The notes beneath the pieces are model-generated. The model saw only the letters and a program-made list of their open reading frames with translations, had not been told where the DNA came from and made no database searches. A stretch of DNA of 59,097 nucleotides from an uncultured Acidobacterium sp. (GTDB lineage: Bacteria; Acidobacteriota; Vicinamibacteria; Vicinamibacterales; UBA2999): the NCBI GenBank assembly GCA_964495855.1, contig CAZBYY010000001.1:1-59097 (forward strand), read 5' to 3'. Position 1 is the stretch's first letter; each line of letters starts with the position of its first letter. A program made the position numbers and the translations under genes. Positions 39,772 to 51,954 of this stretch are shown here, in pieces.

Positions 39772-41817
39772 ATGAAGCGCTTCCGACTTTCGCTGGCCGT
39801 GCTCGTTTGCCTGCTGACGATTTCCCAGGTCACCGCGCAGGAGAAGCGCGGGCGGACCTTCGTCGATGATCTCGAGCAAGCCGTCATCAGCGACCCGCAG
39901 CTGTCGCCCGACGGCAAGCAGATCCTGTTTACGATCGATCGTGCGGACTGGAAGCAGAATCGCCGTGTCGGTCACATCTTTCGGATCAACAGCGACGGCA
40001 CCGGACAGGTGCAGCTGACATTTGGGGACCGCGGCGAGAACGCGCCGCGCTGGTCTCCGGATGGCAAGTGGATCGCGTTCACTACCAGGCGCGATCCCGA
40101 TACCAGCAACCAGATTTACCTGCTGAGCGTCGCGGGCGGCGAAGCGCGGCGTCTCACGAATCATCCCACCTCTACCGGCAACCTCACGTGGGCGCCGGAC
40201 AGCAAGGGCATTTACTTCGTGGCCGCCGACGACAAGACCGCGGACGAGAAGGACAAGGACCGGGTTCGCGACGATGTGTACGCGTTTGAAGAGAACAACT
40301 TCAAGCAGCGGCATCTGTGGACGACGGATCTCGATGGCAAGACGAAGCGCATCACGCAAGGCGACTGGACCGTCAGCGGCTATCAGGTGAGCGATGACGG
40401 CAAGCTCGTGGCGATGACGCGCATGCCGAGCCCGCTCCTTGAGTTCAGCGACCGCACCGAGGTGTGGCTGATGAACGCAGACGGCTCGAACGCCCGGCAG
40501 TTGACGAAGAACATGGTGCCGGAGAGCAACGCGTCGGTGTCGCCTGACGGATCGACGGTGCTCTTCACGTCGGGATCGAACGAGCAGGGCGAGATTTACT
40601 ACAACGCGAAGATCTTCCTCGTGCCCGCTGCGGGCGGGCCGGCGAAGATCCTGCTGCCCGGCGTGCCGTACGAGATCAACTCGGCTGAATGGAGCAAGGA
40701 CGGCAAGAGCATCTACTTCCTCGCCAACATGGGCGTGCACGACGAGATCTTCAAGGTCGACGTTGCCACCCGGCAGGCCACGCAGGTCAGCAAGGGCGAT
40801 CACGCGATCGGCGGATGGTCGTATTCAGAAGACCACGGTGTGCATGTGTTCACCCGCAATACGCCCGAGCGGCCAAGCGAGGTTTACACGATGACCGGCG
40901 CGGGCCAGATGAAGCGCGTGACGTCGGTGTTCGACGATGACCTGGCGAAATTCAAGACGGCGCGGACCGAGAAGATCACGTGGAAAGGGCAGGATGGCGT
41001 GACCGTTGAAGGCCTGCTGACGTATCCGCTGGATTATCAGCCGGGCACGAAGTACCCGTTGATCGTGCAGACGCACGGCGGCCCGGCGGCGTCGGATCAA
41101 TTCGGATTTTCGACCGACAACCAGGTGTATGCGGCGAAGGGCTACGCCGTCTTGCGTCCGAACTATCGCGGCAGCACCGGATACGGCGATGCGTTCCTGC
41201 GCGACATGGTGAAGGGTTATTTCAAGCAGGCGCATCTCGACGTGCTGGCCGGCACGGACGCGGTGATCGCGATGGGTGTGGCCGATCCCAACAAGCTCGT
41301 GAAAATGGGCTGGAGCGCCGGCGGCCACATGACGAACAAGATCATCACGTTCACCGATCGCTTCAAGGTGGCCAGCAGCGGCGCCGGCGCGGCGAACTGG
41401 ATCTCGATGTATGCGCAGAGCGATCATCGCGAGTTCCGCACGCCGTGGTTCGGCGCGACGCCCTGGGGCCCGAATGCGCCGATCGATCTCTACTGGGATC
41501 ACTCGCCGCTCAAGGACGTGTCAAAGGTGAAGACGCCAACGATCTTCCTGGTGGGCGAGCAGGACCCGCGTGTGCCGATGCCGCAGTCGATCGAGATGTA
41601 TCGCGCGTTGAAATCCAATGGTGTGCCGACGCACCTGTATGTGGCGCCGCGGGAAGGTCACGGCTGGGCGGAGTTGCGGCACCGGCTCTTCAAGCTGCAG
41701 ATAGAAATGGAGTGGTTCGAGAAGTACATCAACAACCGCCCGTATGTGTGGGAGAAGGCGCCGGGCGACGAAAAGAAGGATGCAGCCCGTCCGCCGAGCA
41801 CGGCAGGTCAGCCGTAG
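39772..41817 (+). CDS. S9-family serine peptidase (prolyl oligopeptidase / acylaminoacyl-peptidase type) with an N-terminal beta-propeller
   Basis: Tracked ORF 39730..41817 (TTG). ATG 39772 is preceded by AAGGAG and gives the signal peptide MKRFRLSLAVLVCLLTISQVTAQ. TolB-like propeller repeats are present (SPDGK...). The catalytic motif is GWSAGGHM, and later D and H residues are present (EGHGW). Confidence 0.9.
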   Translation: MKRFRLSLAVLVCLLTISQVTAQEKRGRTFVDDLEQAVISDPQLSPDGKQILFTIDRADWKQNRRVGHIFRINSDGTGQVQLTFGDRGENAPRWSPDGKWIAFTTRRDPDTSNQIYLLSVAGGEARRLTNHPTSTGNLTWAPDSKGIYFVAADDKTADEKDKDRVRDDVYAFEENNFKQRHLWTTDLDGKTKRITQGDWTVSGYQVSDDGKLVAMTRMPSPLLEFSDRTEVWLMNADGSNARQLTKNMVPESNASVSPDGSTVLFTSGSNEQGEIYYNAKIFLVPAAGGPAKILLPGVPYEINSAEWSKDGKSIYFLANMGVHDEIFKVDVATRQATQVSKGDHAIGGWSYSEDHGVHVFTRNTPERPSEVYTMTGAGQMKRVTSVFDDDLAKFKTARTEKITWKGQDGVTVEGLLTYPLDYQPGTKYPLIVQTHGGPAASDQFGFSTDNQVYAAKGYAVLRPNYRGSTGYGDAFLRDMVKGYFKQAHLDVLAGTDAVIAMGVADPNKLVKMGWSAGGHMTNKIITFTDRFKVASSGAGAANWISMYAQSDHREFRTPWFGATPWGPNAPIDLYWDHSPLKDVSKVKTPTIFLVGEQDPRVPMPQSIEMYRALKSNGVPTHLYVAPREGHGWAELRHRLFKLQIEMEWFEKYINNRPYVWEKAPGDEKKDAARPPSTAGQP

Positions 41818-41841
41818 GCGGACGCAAGGATAAATAGAGAG

Positions 41842-41869
41842 GGCGGAGGGGCGTTTCCTCCGCCTTTTT
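41842..41869 (+). terminator. Rho-independent terminator after the S9 peptidase gene
   Basis: GGCGGAGG (41842-49), a 7-nt loop, CCTCCGCC (41857-64), then TTTTT (41865-69). It lies 25 nt after the stop codon. Confidence 0.7.
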
Positions 41870-42055
41870 CGCGCGCCCATTGCCGACTAATTCAGTCGCA
41901 ATTGCAACATCGCGCCCCTCAACATAGAATGCGCTTGAGAAATTTTTCACAAGACTCTCGTCCCAACAAAAACGAGATAAAGTGAGCTGCTTTGGCGACG
42001 CTCGTACCAGGCGAGTTGTGGCCAACACATTAACTCCCGGGGGCTGCTGGATCGC

Positions 42056-42715
42056 ATGTCGCAGGTATTCCCAAAAAGCGCCAACGCGTGGTCGAAGGCC
42101 AGCATTGCTGGCGTCATCGCGTTCATCGCTCTACTCGGTTCGACGATTCTCGCGCTGCAGCGTTCCGATTTCGTGACCACTGCGAATCGCTTCGTCGAAC
42201 AACCGGTTCAATTCAGCCATCGGCACCACAACGGAGGCATCGGCATCGACTGCCGGTATTGCCACACCTCTGTTGAGGTGTCGCCCTCGGCCGGCATTCC
42301 GCCGACGAAGACGTGCATCAACTGCCACTCGCAGATCTGGAACACCAGCCCGTACCTCGAGCCGGTGCGCGCCAGTTTCCGCGAGGACAAGCCGCTGCGC
42401 TGGGTCCGCGTGCACGACCTGCCGGACTTCGTCTATTTCAACCACAGCATCCATGTCCGCAAGGGCGTCGGCTGCGAAACGTGTCATGGCCGCGTCGATC
42501 GGATGCCGCTGATGGTGCAGAAGAACTCGCTGCAGATGGAGTGGTGTCTCGACTGTCACCGCGATCCGTCCCGCTACCTGCGGCCGCGCGATCAGATCAC
42601 CACGATGGGCTATGTGCCGGCCAAGGCGCAGTCGGAGCTCGGGCCGGAGCTGATGCGCGAATACAAGGTCGCTGACGTGCAGCACCTCACGAGCTGCTCG
42701 GTCTGCCACAGATAA
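42056..42715 (+). CDS. actA: Alternative Complex III subunit ActA, pentaheme cytochrome c
   Basis: 219-aa ORF with an N-terminal TM and five CxxCH motifs (CRYCH, CINCH, CETCH, CLDCH, CSVCH). It is the first gene of the act cluster. Confidence 0.9.
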   Translation: MSQVFPKSANAWSKASIAGVIAFIALLGSTILALQRSDFVTTANRFVEQPVQFSHRHHNGGIGIDCRYCHTSVEVSPSAGIPPTKTCINCHSQIWNTSPYLEPVRASFREDKPLRWVRVHDLPDFVYFNHSIHVRKGVGCETCHGRVDRMPLMVQKNSLQMEWCLDCHRDPSRYLRPRDQITTMGYVPAKAQSELGPELMREYKVADVQHLTSCSVCHR

Positions 42716-42717
42716 AC

Positions 42718-45774
<3,057 letters not shown>

Positions 45775-45779
45775 CCGAC

Positions 45780-47162
45780 ATGGATCCAAACATCCACAAA
45801 CCCATGGCCCTGCAGGAAGTGCCCGTGATTCTTCCGGGGCACGACTTCGAGACCGTCACCGAGACGATCGCGGAAATTCCGCTGTCGAAGCGGTTCCCGC
45901 TCGGCTGGATCGGGCTGCTCCTCGTTTCGCTGACGCTGTTCGGCGTGCTCCACATGGCGCTCGGTTATCTCGTGATAACCGGCATCGGCATCTTCGGCAC
46001 GAACCAGCCGGTCGGCTGGGCCTTCCCGATCATCAACTTCGTCTGGTGGATCGGCATCGGCCACGCGGGCACGCTCATCTCGGCCATCCTGCTGCTCTTC
46101 AAGCAGCAGTGGCGCATGTCGATCAGCCGTTTTGCCGAAGCGATGACGATCTTCGCGGTGGCGTGCGCGGCGATCTTCCCCGTGTTCCACACCGGCCGTC
46201 CGTGGCTCGCCGCCTACTGGCTCTTCCCGTATCCCAACACGATGGGGTTGTGGCCGCAGTTCAAGAGCCCGCTGATCTGGGACGTGTTCGCGGTCTCGAC
46301 CTACGCGACGGTGTCGATCGTGTTCTGGTACATCGGCATGATTCCCGACCTCGGCACGCTGCGCGATCGCGCCACGTCGAAAATCAAGGCGCGCATCTAC
46401 GGCATCTTCTCGCTCGGCTGGCGCGGTTCGGCGCGTCACTGGCATCGCTATGAAGTCGCGTCGCTGATTCTTGCGGGCCTGTCGACGCCGCTGGTGCTGT
46501 CGGTCCACACGGTCGTCAGCTTCGACTTCGCGGTGTCGCTGATCCCGGGCTGGCACGCGACGATCTTCCCGCCCTACTTCGTCGCCGGCGCGATCTATGC
46601 CGGCTTCGCGATGGTGTTGACGCTGGCGATTCCGGTGCGCCGCTTCTACGGCATGGAAAGCCTGATCACCATGCGGCACATCGACAACATGGCCAAGATC
46701 ACGCTGGCTACCGGCTTGATCGTCGGCTACGGCTACACCATGGAAGCGTTCTTCGCGTGGTACAGCGGCAGCCCGCACGAGCGCTTCATGATGTGGAACC
46801 GCATGACCGGGCAGTACGCATGGTCGTACTGGGCGCTCATCGCCATCAACATCGGCATGGTGCAGTTGTTGTGGTTCAAGAAGATTCGCCAGAACACCAC
46901 CGTGCTGTTCATCATGTCGCTGATCGTCGGCGTCGGCATGTGGCTCGAGCGCTTCGTGATCGTGGTCACGTCGCTCGCCAACGACTTCCTGCCGTCGTCG
47001 TGGGCGCACTATACGCCGACGCGATGGGACTACCTGCTCTACTTGGGCACCTTCGGGTTGTTCCTGACGGCGTTCCTGCTGTTCCTGCGCTTCATCCCGA
47101 TGATTTCGATGTTTGAAGTCAAGACGCTGCTGCCGCAGGCCAAGGTGGAGGCGAAGCACTGA
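45780..47162 (+). CDS. actC: Alternative Complex III subunit ActC (NrfD/PsrC-like quinol-interacting membrane subunit)
   Basis: Tracked ORF 45519..47162. ATG 45780 (MDPNIHKPM...) lies 6 nt after the actB stop. The polytopic NrfD-like sequence includes WAFPIINFVWWIGIGHAGTLISA. Confidence 0.9.
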   Translation: MDPNIHKPMALQEVPVILPGHDFETVTETIAEIPLSKRFPLGWIGLLLVSLTLFGVLHMALGYLVITGIGIFGTNQPVGWAFPIINFVWWIGIGHAGTLISAILLLFKQQWRMSISRFAEAMTIFAVACAAIFPVFHTGRPWLAAYWLFPYPNTMGLWPQFKSPLIWDVFAVSTYATVSIVFWYIGMIPDLGTLRDRATSKIKARIYGIFSLGWRGSARHWHRYEVASLILAGLSTPLVLSVHTVVSFDFAVSLIPGWHATIFPPYFVAGAIYAGFAMVLTLAIPVRRFYGMESLITMRHIDNMAKITLATGLIVGYGYTMEAFFAWYSGSPHERFMMWNRMTGQYAWSYWALIAINIGMVQLLWFKKIRQNTTVLFIMSLIVGVGMWLERFVIVVTSLANDFLPSSWAHYTPTRWDYLLYLGTFGLFLTAFLLFLRFIPMISMFEVKTLLPQAKVEAKH

Positions 47163-47707
47163 TGTCTCACGCGGTCGAAACCACGAACGCAATGCACGGC
47201 GTGATGGCCGAATACGACAGCGGCCAGGCGCTCGTCGAGGCCACGCGCAAGACAATGGCGCAGGGCTACACCCGCGTCGAGGCCTACTCGCCGGTGCCGA
47301 TCGAGGAGCTCAACGACCTGATTCACAAGAAGCGCACGGTGCTTCCGAAGCTGGTGTTGTGCGGCGGCCTGACCGGGATGGCGACGGGCTTTGCGCTGCA
47401 GTACTGGGCGTCGGTACTGGAATATCCGATGAACATCGGCGGCCGCCCTCTGGCGAGCTGGACGACCTTCATTGTCCCGTCGTACGAGCTGACGATCCTG
47501 TTTTCGGCGCTGACGGCGGCGATCGGCATGATCGCGCTGAGCGGACTGCCGCAGCCGTATCACCCGGTGTTCAACGTCGAGCGGTTCTCGCTGGCCAGCT
47601 CCGACAAGTTCTTCCTCGTGATCGAATCGACCGATCCGAAGTTCGCGGACGCCGCGACGTTCCTGCAGGGCACGGGCGCGAAGGGAGTCTATGACGTTGC
47701 GGAATAA
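47162..47707 (+). CDS. actD: Alternative Complex III subunit ActD (DUF3341)
   Basis: 181-aa ORF whose start overlaps the actC stop (TGATG). It has a soluble N-domain plus two TM segments, typical of ActD. Confidence 0.85.
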   Translation: MSHAVETTNAMHGVMAEYDSGQALVEATRKTMAQGYTRVEAYSPVPIEELNDLIHKKRTVLPKLVLCGGLTGMATGFALQYWASVLEYPMNIGGRPLASWTTFIVPSYELTILFSALTAAIGMIALSGLPQPYHPVFNVERFSLASSDKFFLVIESTDPKFADAATFLQGTGAKGVYDVAE

Positions 47708-48371
47708 CGCCACCGAGACACGGCGGCACGGAGGCCGATTCTTGCTGGCCTCGATCGTGGCGCTGTCATTCGCCGCCGGTTGCCGCCAGGACATGCACGA
47801 CACGCCGCGCTATGAGGCGTTCGAAGCGAGTTCGACGTTCCAGGACAACCGTTCGTCGCGGAACCTGCCGGCCAACACCGTTGCGCGCGGATGGCTGCGC
47901 GAGGACGAGGCGCTCTACACCGGCAAGGTGAACGGCCAGTTCGTTGACGAATTCCCGTTCCCGATCGGCCACGACGAGCTCGTGCGCGGCCAGCAGCGCT
48001 TCAACATCTACTGCACGCCCTGCCACAGCCGGCTCGGCGACGGCAAGGGCATGGTCGTGCAGCGTGGATTGCGGCAGGCCGCGTCGTTCCACCAGGACCG
48101 CTTGCGCCAGGAGAAGAACGGCTACTTCTTCGACGTGATCACCAACGGCTTTGGCGCGATGCCCGACTACGCGACGCAGATCCCTGTGCGCGATCGCTGG
48201 TTGATCGTCGCCTACGTCCGCACGCTGCAACTGAGCCAGCACGCGTCGGTCAGCGACGTACCGGCGGATCATCGCGGCGATCTCGATCGCACTGCCAACT
48301 CCGCCGCTGAACCTGGCGCGGCTACGGCAGGCCAGGCCGGCGCGCCGTCAAGTCCAGCGGAGAAGAAATAG
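47691..48371 (+). CDS. actE: Alternative Complex III subunit ActE, monoheme cytochrome c lipoprotein
   Basis: 226-aa ORF with a lipobox (LSFAAGC), a single CTPCH and a downstream Met ligand region (GFGAMPDY). Confidence 0.85.
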   Translation: MTLRNNATETRRHGGRFLLASIVALSFAAGCRQDMHDTPRYEAFEASSTFQDNRSSRNLPANTVARGWLREDEALYTGKVNGQFVDEFPFPIGHDELVRGQQRFNIYCTPCHSRLGDGKGMVVQRGLRQAASFHQDRLRQEKNGYFFDVITNGFGAMPDYATQIPVRDRWLIVAYVRTLQLSQHASVSDVPADHRGDLDRTANSAAEPGAATAGQAGAPSSPAEKK

Positions 48372-49570
48372 TGTCGACGACGACAGTGAACTCGGAAACG
48401 TTCGTAGCGTCCGGCACCCCGCTGCCGGGCATGAAGCAGTTCGGCATGATTGCCGGCGTGCTCGGCGTGGTGCTCGCCGTCGCCGGCTTCTTCATGTCGG
48501 GCGTGGATCGCTTCTTCCAGGCGTACCTGGTCGCCTACACCTTCTGGATGGGCGTGATCATGGGCGCGATGGCGCTGCTCATGGTGCAGCACCTGTCCGG
48601 CGGCGTGTGGGGCATCATCCTGCGCCGCCCGTTCGAAGCGGCGGTGCGCACGCTGCCGATCATGACGGTCCTGTTCATCCCGATCGTGTTCGGGATGCAC
48701 TCGCTCTATGAATGGGCGCGCCCCGAAGCGGCGAATGATGCGGGTATCCAGGCGAAGGCGCTCTACCTGAACACGCCGTTCTTCCTCGTCCGCCAGGCAA
48801 TCTACTTCGCGCTGTGGAACGCGATCGGCTTCCTGCTCACCAAGTGGTCGGCGGAGCACGATCGCACCGGCGATCCCGCGTTGCTCGACAAGCTGTCGCG
48901 GCTGTCGGGCGCCGGCCTGCTGATCTACGGCCTGACGATGACGTTTGCGGCGGTGGACTGGACGATGTCGGTGAACCCGCACTGGTTCTCGACGATCTGG
49001 GGCATGCTCTACGTCGGCGGCCAGGGCCTCTCGGCGTTTGCGTTCGGCATCTGCGTGCTCGTGATGCTGGCGCAGACCGCGCCGATGAACAAGGTTCTCA
49101 CGAACAACCATTTCCACGACCTCGGCAAGCTGCTGTTTGCGTTCCTGATGTTGTGGGCCTACCTGTCGTTCTCGCAGTTCCTGATCATCTGGTCGGCGAA
49201 CCTGCCGGAAGAAATTCCTCACTACCTGAATCGCTGGGAGAACACGTGGAAGTTCCTCAGCATCTTCATTGTCGTCGGCCACTTCATGGTGCCGTATGCG
49301 CTGCTGTTGTCGCGCGACATCAAGCGCAACTACGGTAAGCTGCGGCTGATTGCGACGTGGCTGCTGGGCGCGCGCGTGGCCGAGTATTTCTGGCACGTGG
49401 CGCCTGAGCTGCACAAGGACGGCTTTACGCTGTCGCTGCTCGACGTGGCGCTGCCGCTCGCGCTCGGCGGCATCTTCATTTCGTTGTTCGTTTCGCAGCT
49501 CGGTGGCCGCTCGCTCCTGCCGGTCAACGATCCTGCTTTAGACAAGGCGCTGCATCACCATGTCCACTGA
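48371..49570 (+). CDS. actF: Alternative Complex III subunit ActF (second NrfD-like membrane subunit)
   Basis: 399-aa polytopic ORF. Its GTG start overlaps the actE TAG (TAGTG). Confidence 0.85.
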   Translation: MSTTTVNSETFVASGTPLPGMKQFGMIAGVLGVVLAVAGFFMSGVDRFFQAYLVAYTFWMGVIMGAMALLMVQHLSGGVWGIILRRPFEAAVRTLPIMTVLFIPIVFGMHSLYEWARPEAANDAGIQAKALYLNTPFFLVRQAIYFALWNAIGFLLTKWSAEHDRTGDPALLDKLSRLSGAGLLIYGLTMTFAAVDWTMSVNPHWFSTIWGMLYVGGQGLSAFAFGICVLVMLAQTAPMNKVLTNNHFHDLGKLLFAFLMLWAYLSFSQFLIIWSANLPEEIPHYLNRWENTWKFLSIFIVVGHFMVPYALLLSRDIKRNYGKLRLIATWLLGARVAEYFWHVAPELHKDGFTLSLLDVALPLALGGIFISLFVSQLGGRSLLPVNDPALDKALHHHVH

Positions 49571-50039
49571 GCACAACGGCTTCGAGCTGGAATACGGACC
49601 GACGCCGTCAGGCGCGAAGTACGAGCACACCGACATCGATGCGTCGATCGGCTACAAATTCGCCCTGTGGCTGACGGTCGCGATGTTCGTCGGTCTCGGC
49701 ATCGTCTACGGCACGTTCTGGATGTTCGAAGGACGCGCGCGCGCGGCCAACGCGGCGGCGCAGAAGTATCCGCTCGCCGTCGGGCAGACGAAGGAGCCGC
49801 CCGCGCCGAACCTGCAGAAGCAGTCGTTCAAGGACGTCTACCTGTTGCGGCAGTCGGAAGCGGCGACGCTTGGCACCTACGGATGGGTCGACAAGGATGC
49901 CGGCGTCACGCACATCCCGATCGATCGCGCGATCGAGGTGATGCTGCAGAAGGGATTTCCGGCGCGTGCTGCAGGCGGCAACGCGCTGAACGTCGTGACG
50001 CAGGACAGTTCGTCGGGTCGTACGATCGTTCCACGCTGA
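49560..50039 (+). CDS. Hypothetical single-pass membrane protein between actF and sco (possible accessory subunit)
   Basis: 159-aa ORF. Its ATG overlaps the actF 3' end by 11 nt. It has one TM (FALWLTVAMFVGLGIVYGTFWMF) followed by a ~100-aa soluble domain. Confidence 0.6.
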   Translation: MSTEHNGFELEYGPTPSGAKYEHTDIDASIGYKFALWLTVAMFVGLGIVYGTFWMFEGRARAANAAAQKYPLAVGQTKEPPAPNLQKQSFKDVYLLRQSEAATLGTYGWVDKDAGVTHIPIDRAIEVMLQKGFPARAAGGNALNVVTQDSSSGRTIVPR

Positions 50040-50067
50040 CGCGGGGCATCACGAATAGAAGCACGTC

Positions 50068-50913
50068 ATGAAAGCAACACATCTTCGAACGGCAGTGGTG
50101 GCGATGAGCGCGGCGCTCATGTCGGCGGTCGTGTCGGCGCAGGGGAATGCGCCTGGCGTGATGCCGGATCCCACGCTGCCGTCGAACAAAGTGCCGACCG
50201 TGTTGAGCCGCGTGTCGTTCGAGCAGCGGTTGAACGAGCAGCTCCCGCTCGACTTGCCGTTCAAGGACGAGCAGGGCCGCGACGTCAAGCTTGGCGATTA
50301 CTTCGGCCGCAAGCCGGTCGTGCTGACGTTCGTGTATTACGAGTGCCCGATGCTCTGCACCGAAGTGCTGAACGGGCTCGAGAGCGCGTTGCGCGTGCTG
50401 AACGAATCGATCGGCCGCGAGTTCGACGTGATCACCGTGAGCTTCGATCCGAAGGAAACGCCGGTGCTCGCGCTCGGCAAGAAGAAGGCGTATCTCGAAC
50501 GCTACAAGCGGGCCGAAGCGGAGATGGGCTGGCATTTCCTGACGGGCCAGCAGCCGTCGATCGACGCGCTGACGAAGGCGGCGGGGTTCAACTTCACGTG
50601 GGATGAGGACTCGCACCAGTTCGCGCACCCGAGCGGCATCGTCGTGGTGACGCCGCAGGGCAAGGTGTCGCGGTACTTCTTCGGCATCGATTACGCGCCG
50701 CGCGACGTCAAGTTCGCGCTGGTCGAATCGTCGAACGAGAAGATCGGATCGCTGGCCGACCGGCTGTTGCTCTACTGCTATCACTACGATCCCACGAAGG
50801 GGAACTACGGGTTCGTGGCGATGCGGGCGGTGCGCGTCGGCGGGGCGCTGACGATCCTGGCGCTGGTTGGTTTTGTGTTTGTCTCGTTGCGGAAAGAGGC
50901 GAACGGACAGTAG
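50068..50913 (+). CDS. SCO1/SenC-family copper chaperone
   Basis: 281-aa ORF with a signal/anchor, a thioredoxin-fold CxxxC motif (YYECPMLCT), a conserved His region (FAHPSGIVVV) and an extra C-terminal TM. Confidence 0.88.
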   Translation: MKATHLRTAVVAMSAALMSAVVSAQGNAPGVMPDPTLPSNKVPTVLSRVSFEQRLNEQLPLDLPFKDEQGRDVKLGDYFGRKPVVLTFVYYECPMLCTEVLNGLESALRVLNESIGREFDVITVSFDPKETPVLALGKKKAYLERYKRAEAEMGWHFLTGQQPSIDALTKAAGFNFTWDEDSHQFAHPSGIVVVTPQGKVSRYFFGIDYAPRDVKFALVESSNEKIGSLADRLLLYCYHYDPTKGNYGFVAMRAVRVGGALTILALVGFVFVSLRKEANGQ

Positions 50914-50916
50914 CTA

Positions 50917-51951
50917 ATGACAATATTCGGCATACCCATCTTCCCGGAGCAGGCATCGGCGTTCGCCAAGGACGTCGACGCGCTCTATTTCTTCATCCTC
51001 GCGACGTGCGCGTTCTTCGCGACCGGCGTGTCGGTCGCGGTCGTCATCCTCGGGCTGAAGTATCGCAAGACGCACGAGGGGCAGATCGGCGCCCGCATCG
51101 AAGGCAACCTGCCGCTCGAGCTGCTGTGGAGCGTGATCCCGACGATCATCGCGATGTTCATGTTCGGCTGGGGCGCCTCGGTCTTCTACCACTTACGGCG
51201 GCCGCCAGACGAAGCGCTGCATCTGTATGCGGTGGGCAAGCAGTGGATGTGGAAGTTCCAGCACCTCGAAGGGCAGCGCGAGATCAACGAATTGCACGTG
51301 CCGGCGGGCCGGCCGATCAAGATCACGATCAGCTCTGAAGACGTGATTCACAGCCTCTACTTCCCGTCGTTCCGCGTGAAGTACGACGCGATCCCGGGCC
51401 GCTACACCGAACTGTGGTTCGAGGCACAGAAGCCGGGCACGTACCACATCTTCTGCGCTGAGTACTGCGGCACGAATCACTCGCAGATGATCGGCATGGT
51501 GACGGTGATGGAGCCGGCGCAATACCAGGCGTGGCTGCAGGGCGGCGGGGCCGAAGGCACGCTGGCGCAGCGCGGCGCCAAGCTGTTCAACGATCTGGCC
51601 TGTTCATCGTGCCACCTCGACAGCGGCCAAGGCCGCGGCCCGTCGCTCAAGGACATCGTCGGGACGACGGTGGAATTCCAAGATGGATCGAGCGCGGTGG
51701 TCGACGAAGCGTACCTGCGCGAGTCGATCCTCACCTCGCAGGCGAAGATCGTGAAGGGCTTCCAGCCGCTGATGCCCACCTTCCAGGGGCTCGTCAGCGA
51801 GGAGAATCTCGTCGCCCTGATCGAGCACGTGAAGTCGCTGTCACCAAAGGCCACCACCGCGGCGGCGCCGATGCAGCCGCAGCCCGCGAGCCAGACCGGC
51901 GGCTCGCCGGTCAACGAACTCAAGCCGCGCGTTCAGACGGGAAAGAAGTAA
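50917..51951 (+). CDS. coxB: Cytochrome c oxidase subunit II with a fused C-terminal cytochrome c domain (caa3 type)
   Basis: 344-aa ORF. The CuA site is HSLYFPSF...FCAEYCGTNHSQM. The C-terminal heme motif is CSSCH. Confidence 0.95.
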   Translation: MTIFGIPIFPEQASAFAKDVDALYFFILATCAFFATGVSVAVVILGLKYRKTHEGQIGARIEGNLPLELLWSVIPTIIAMFMFGWGASVFYHLRRPPDEALHLYAVGKQWMWKFQHLEGQREINELHVPAGRPIKITISSEDVIHSLYFPSFRVKYDAIPGRYTELWFEAQKPGTYHIFCAEYCGTNHSQMIGMVTVMEPAQYQAWLQGGGAEGTLAQRGAKLFNDLACSSCHLDSGQGRGPSLKDIVGTTVEFQDGSSAVVDEAYLRESILTSQAKIVKGFQPLMPTFQGLVSEENLVALIEHVKSLSPKATTAAAPMQPQPASQTGGSPVNELKPRVQTGKK

Positions 51952-51954
51952 GCC

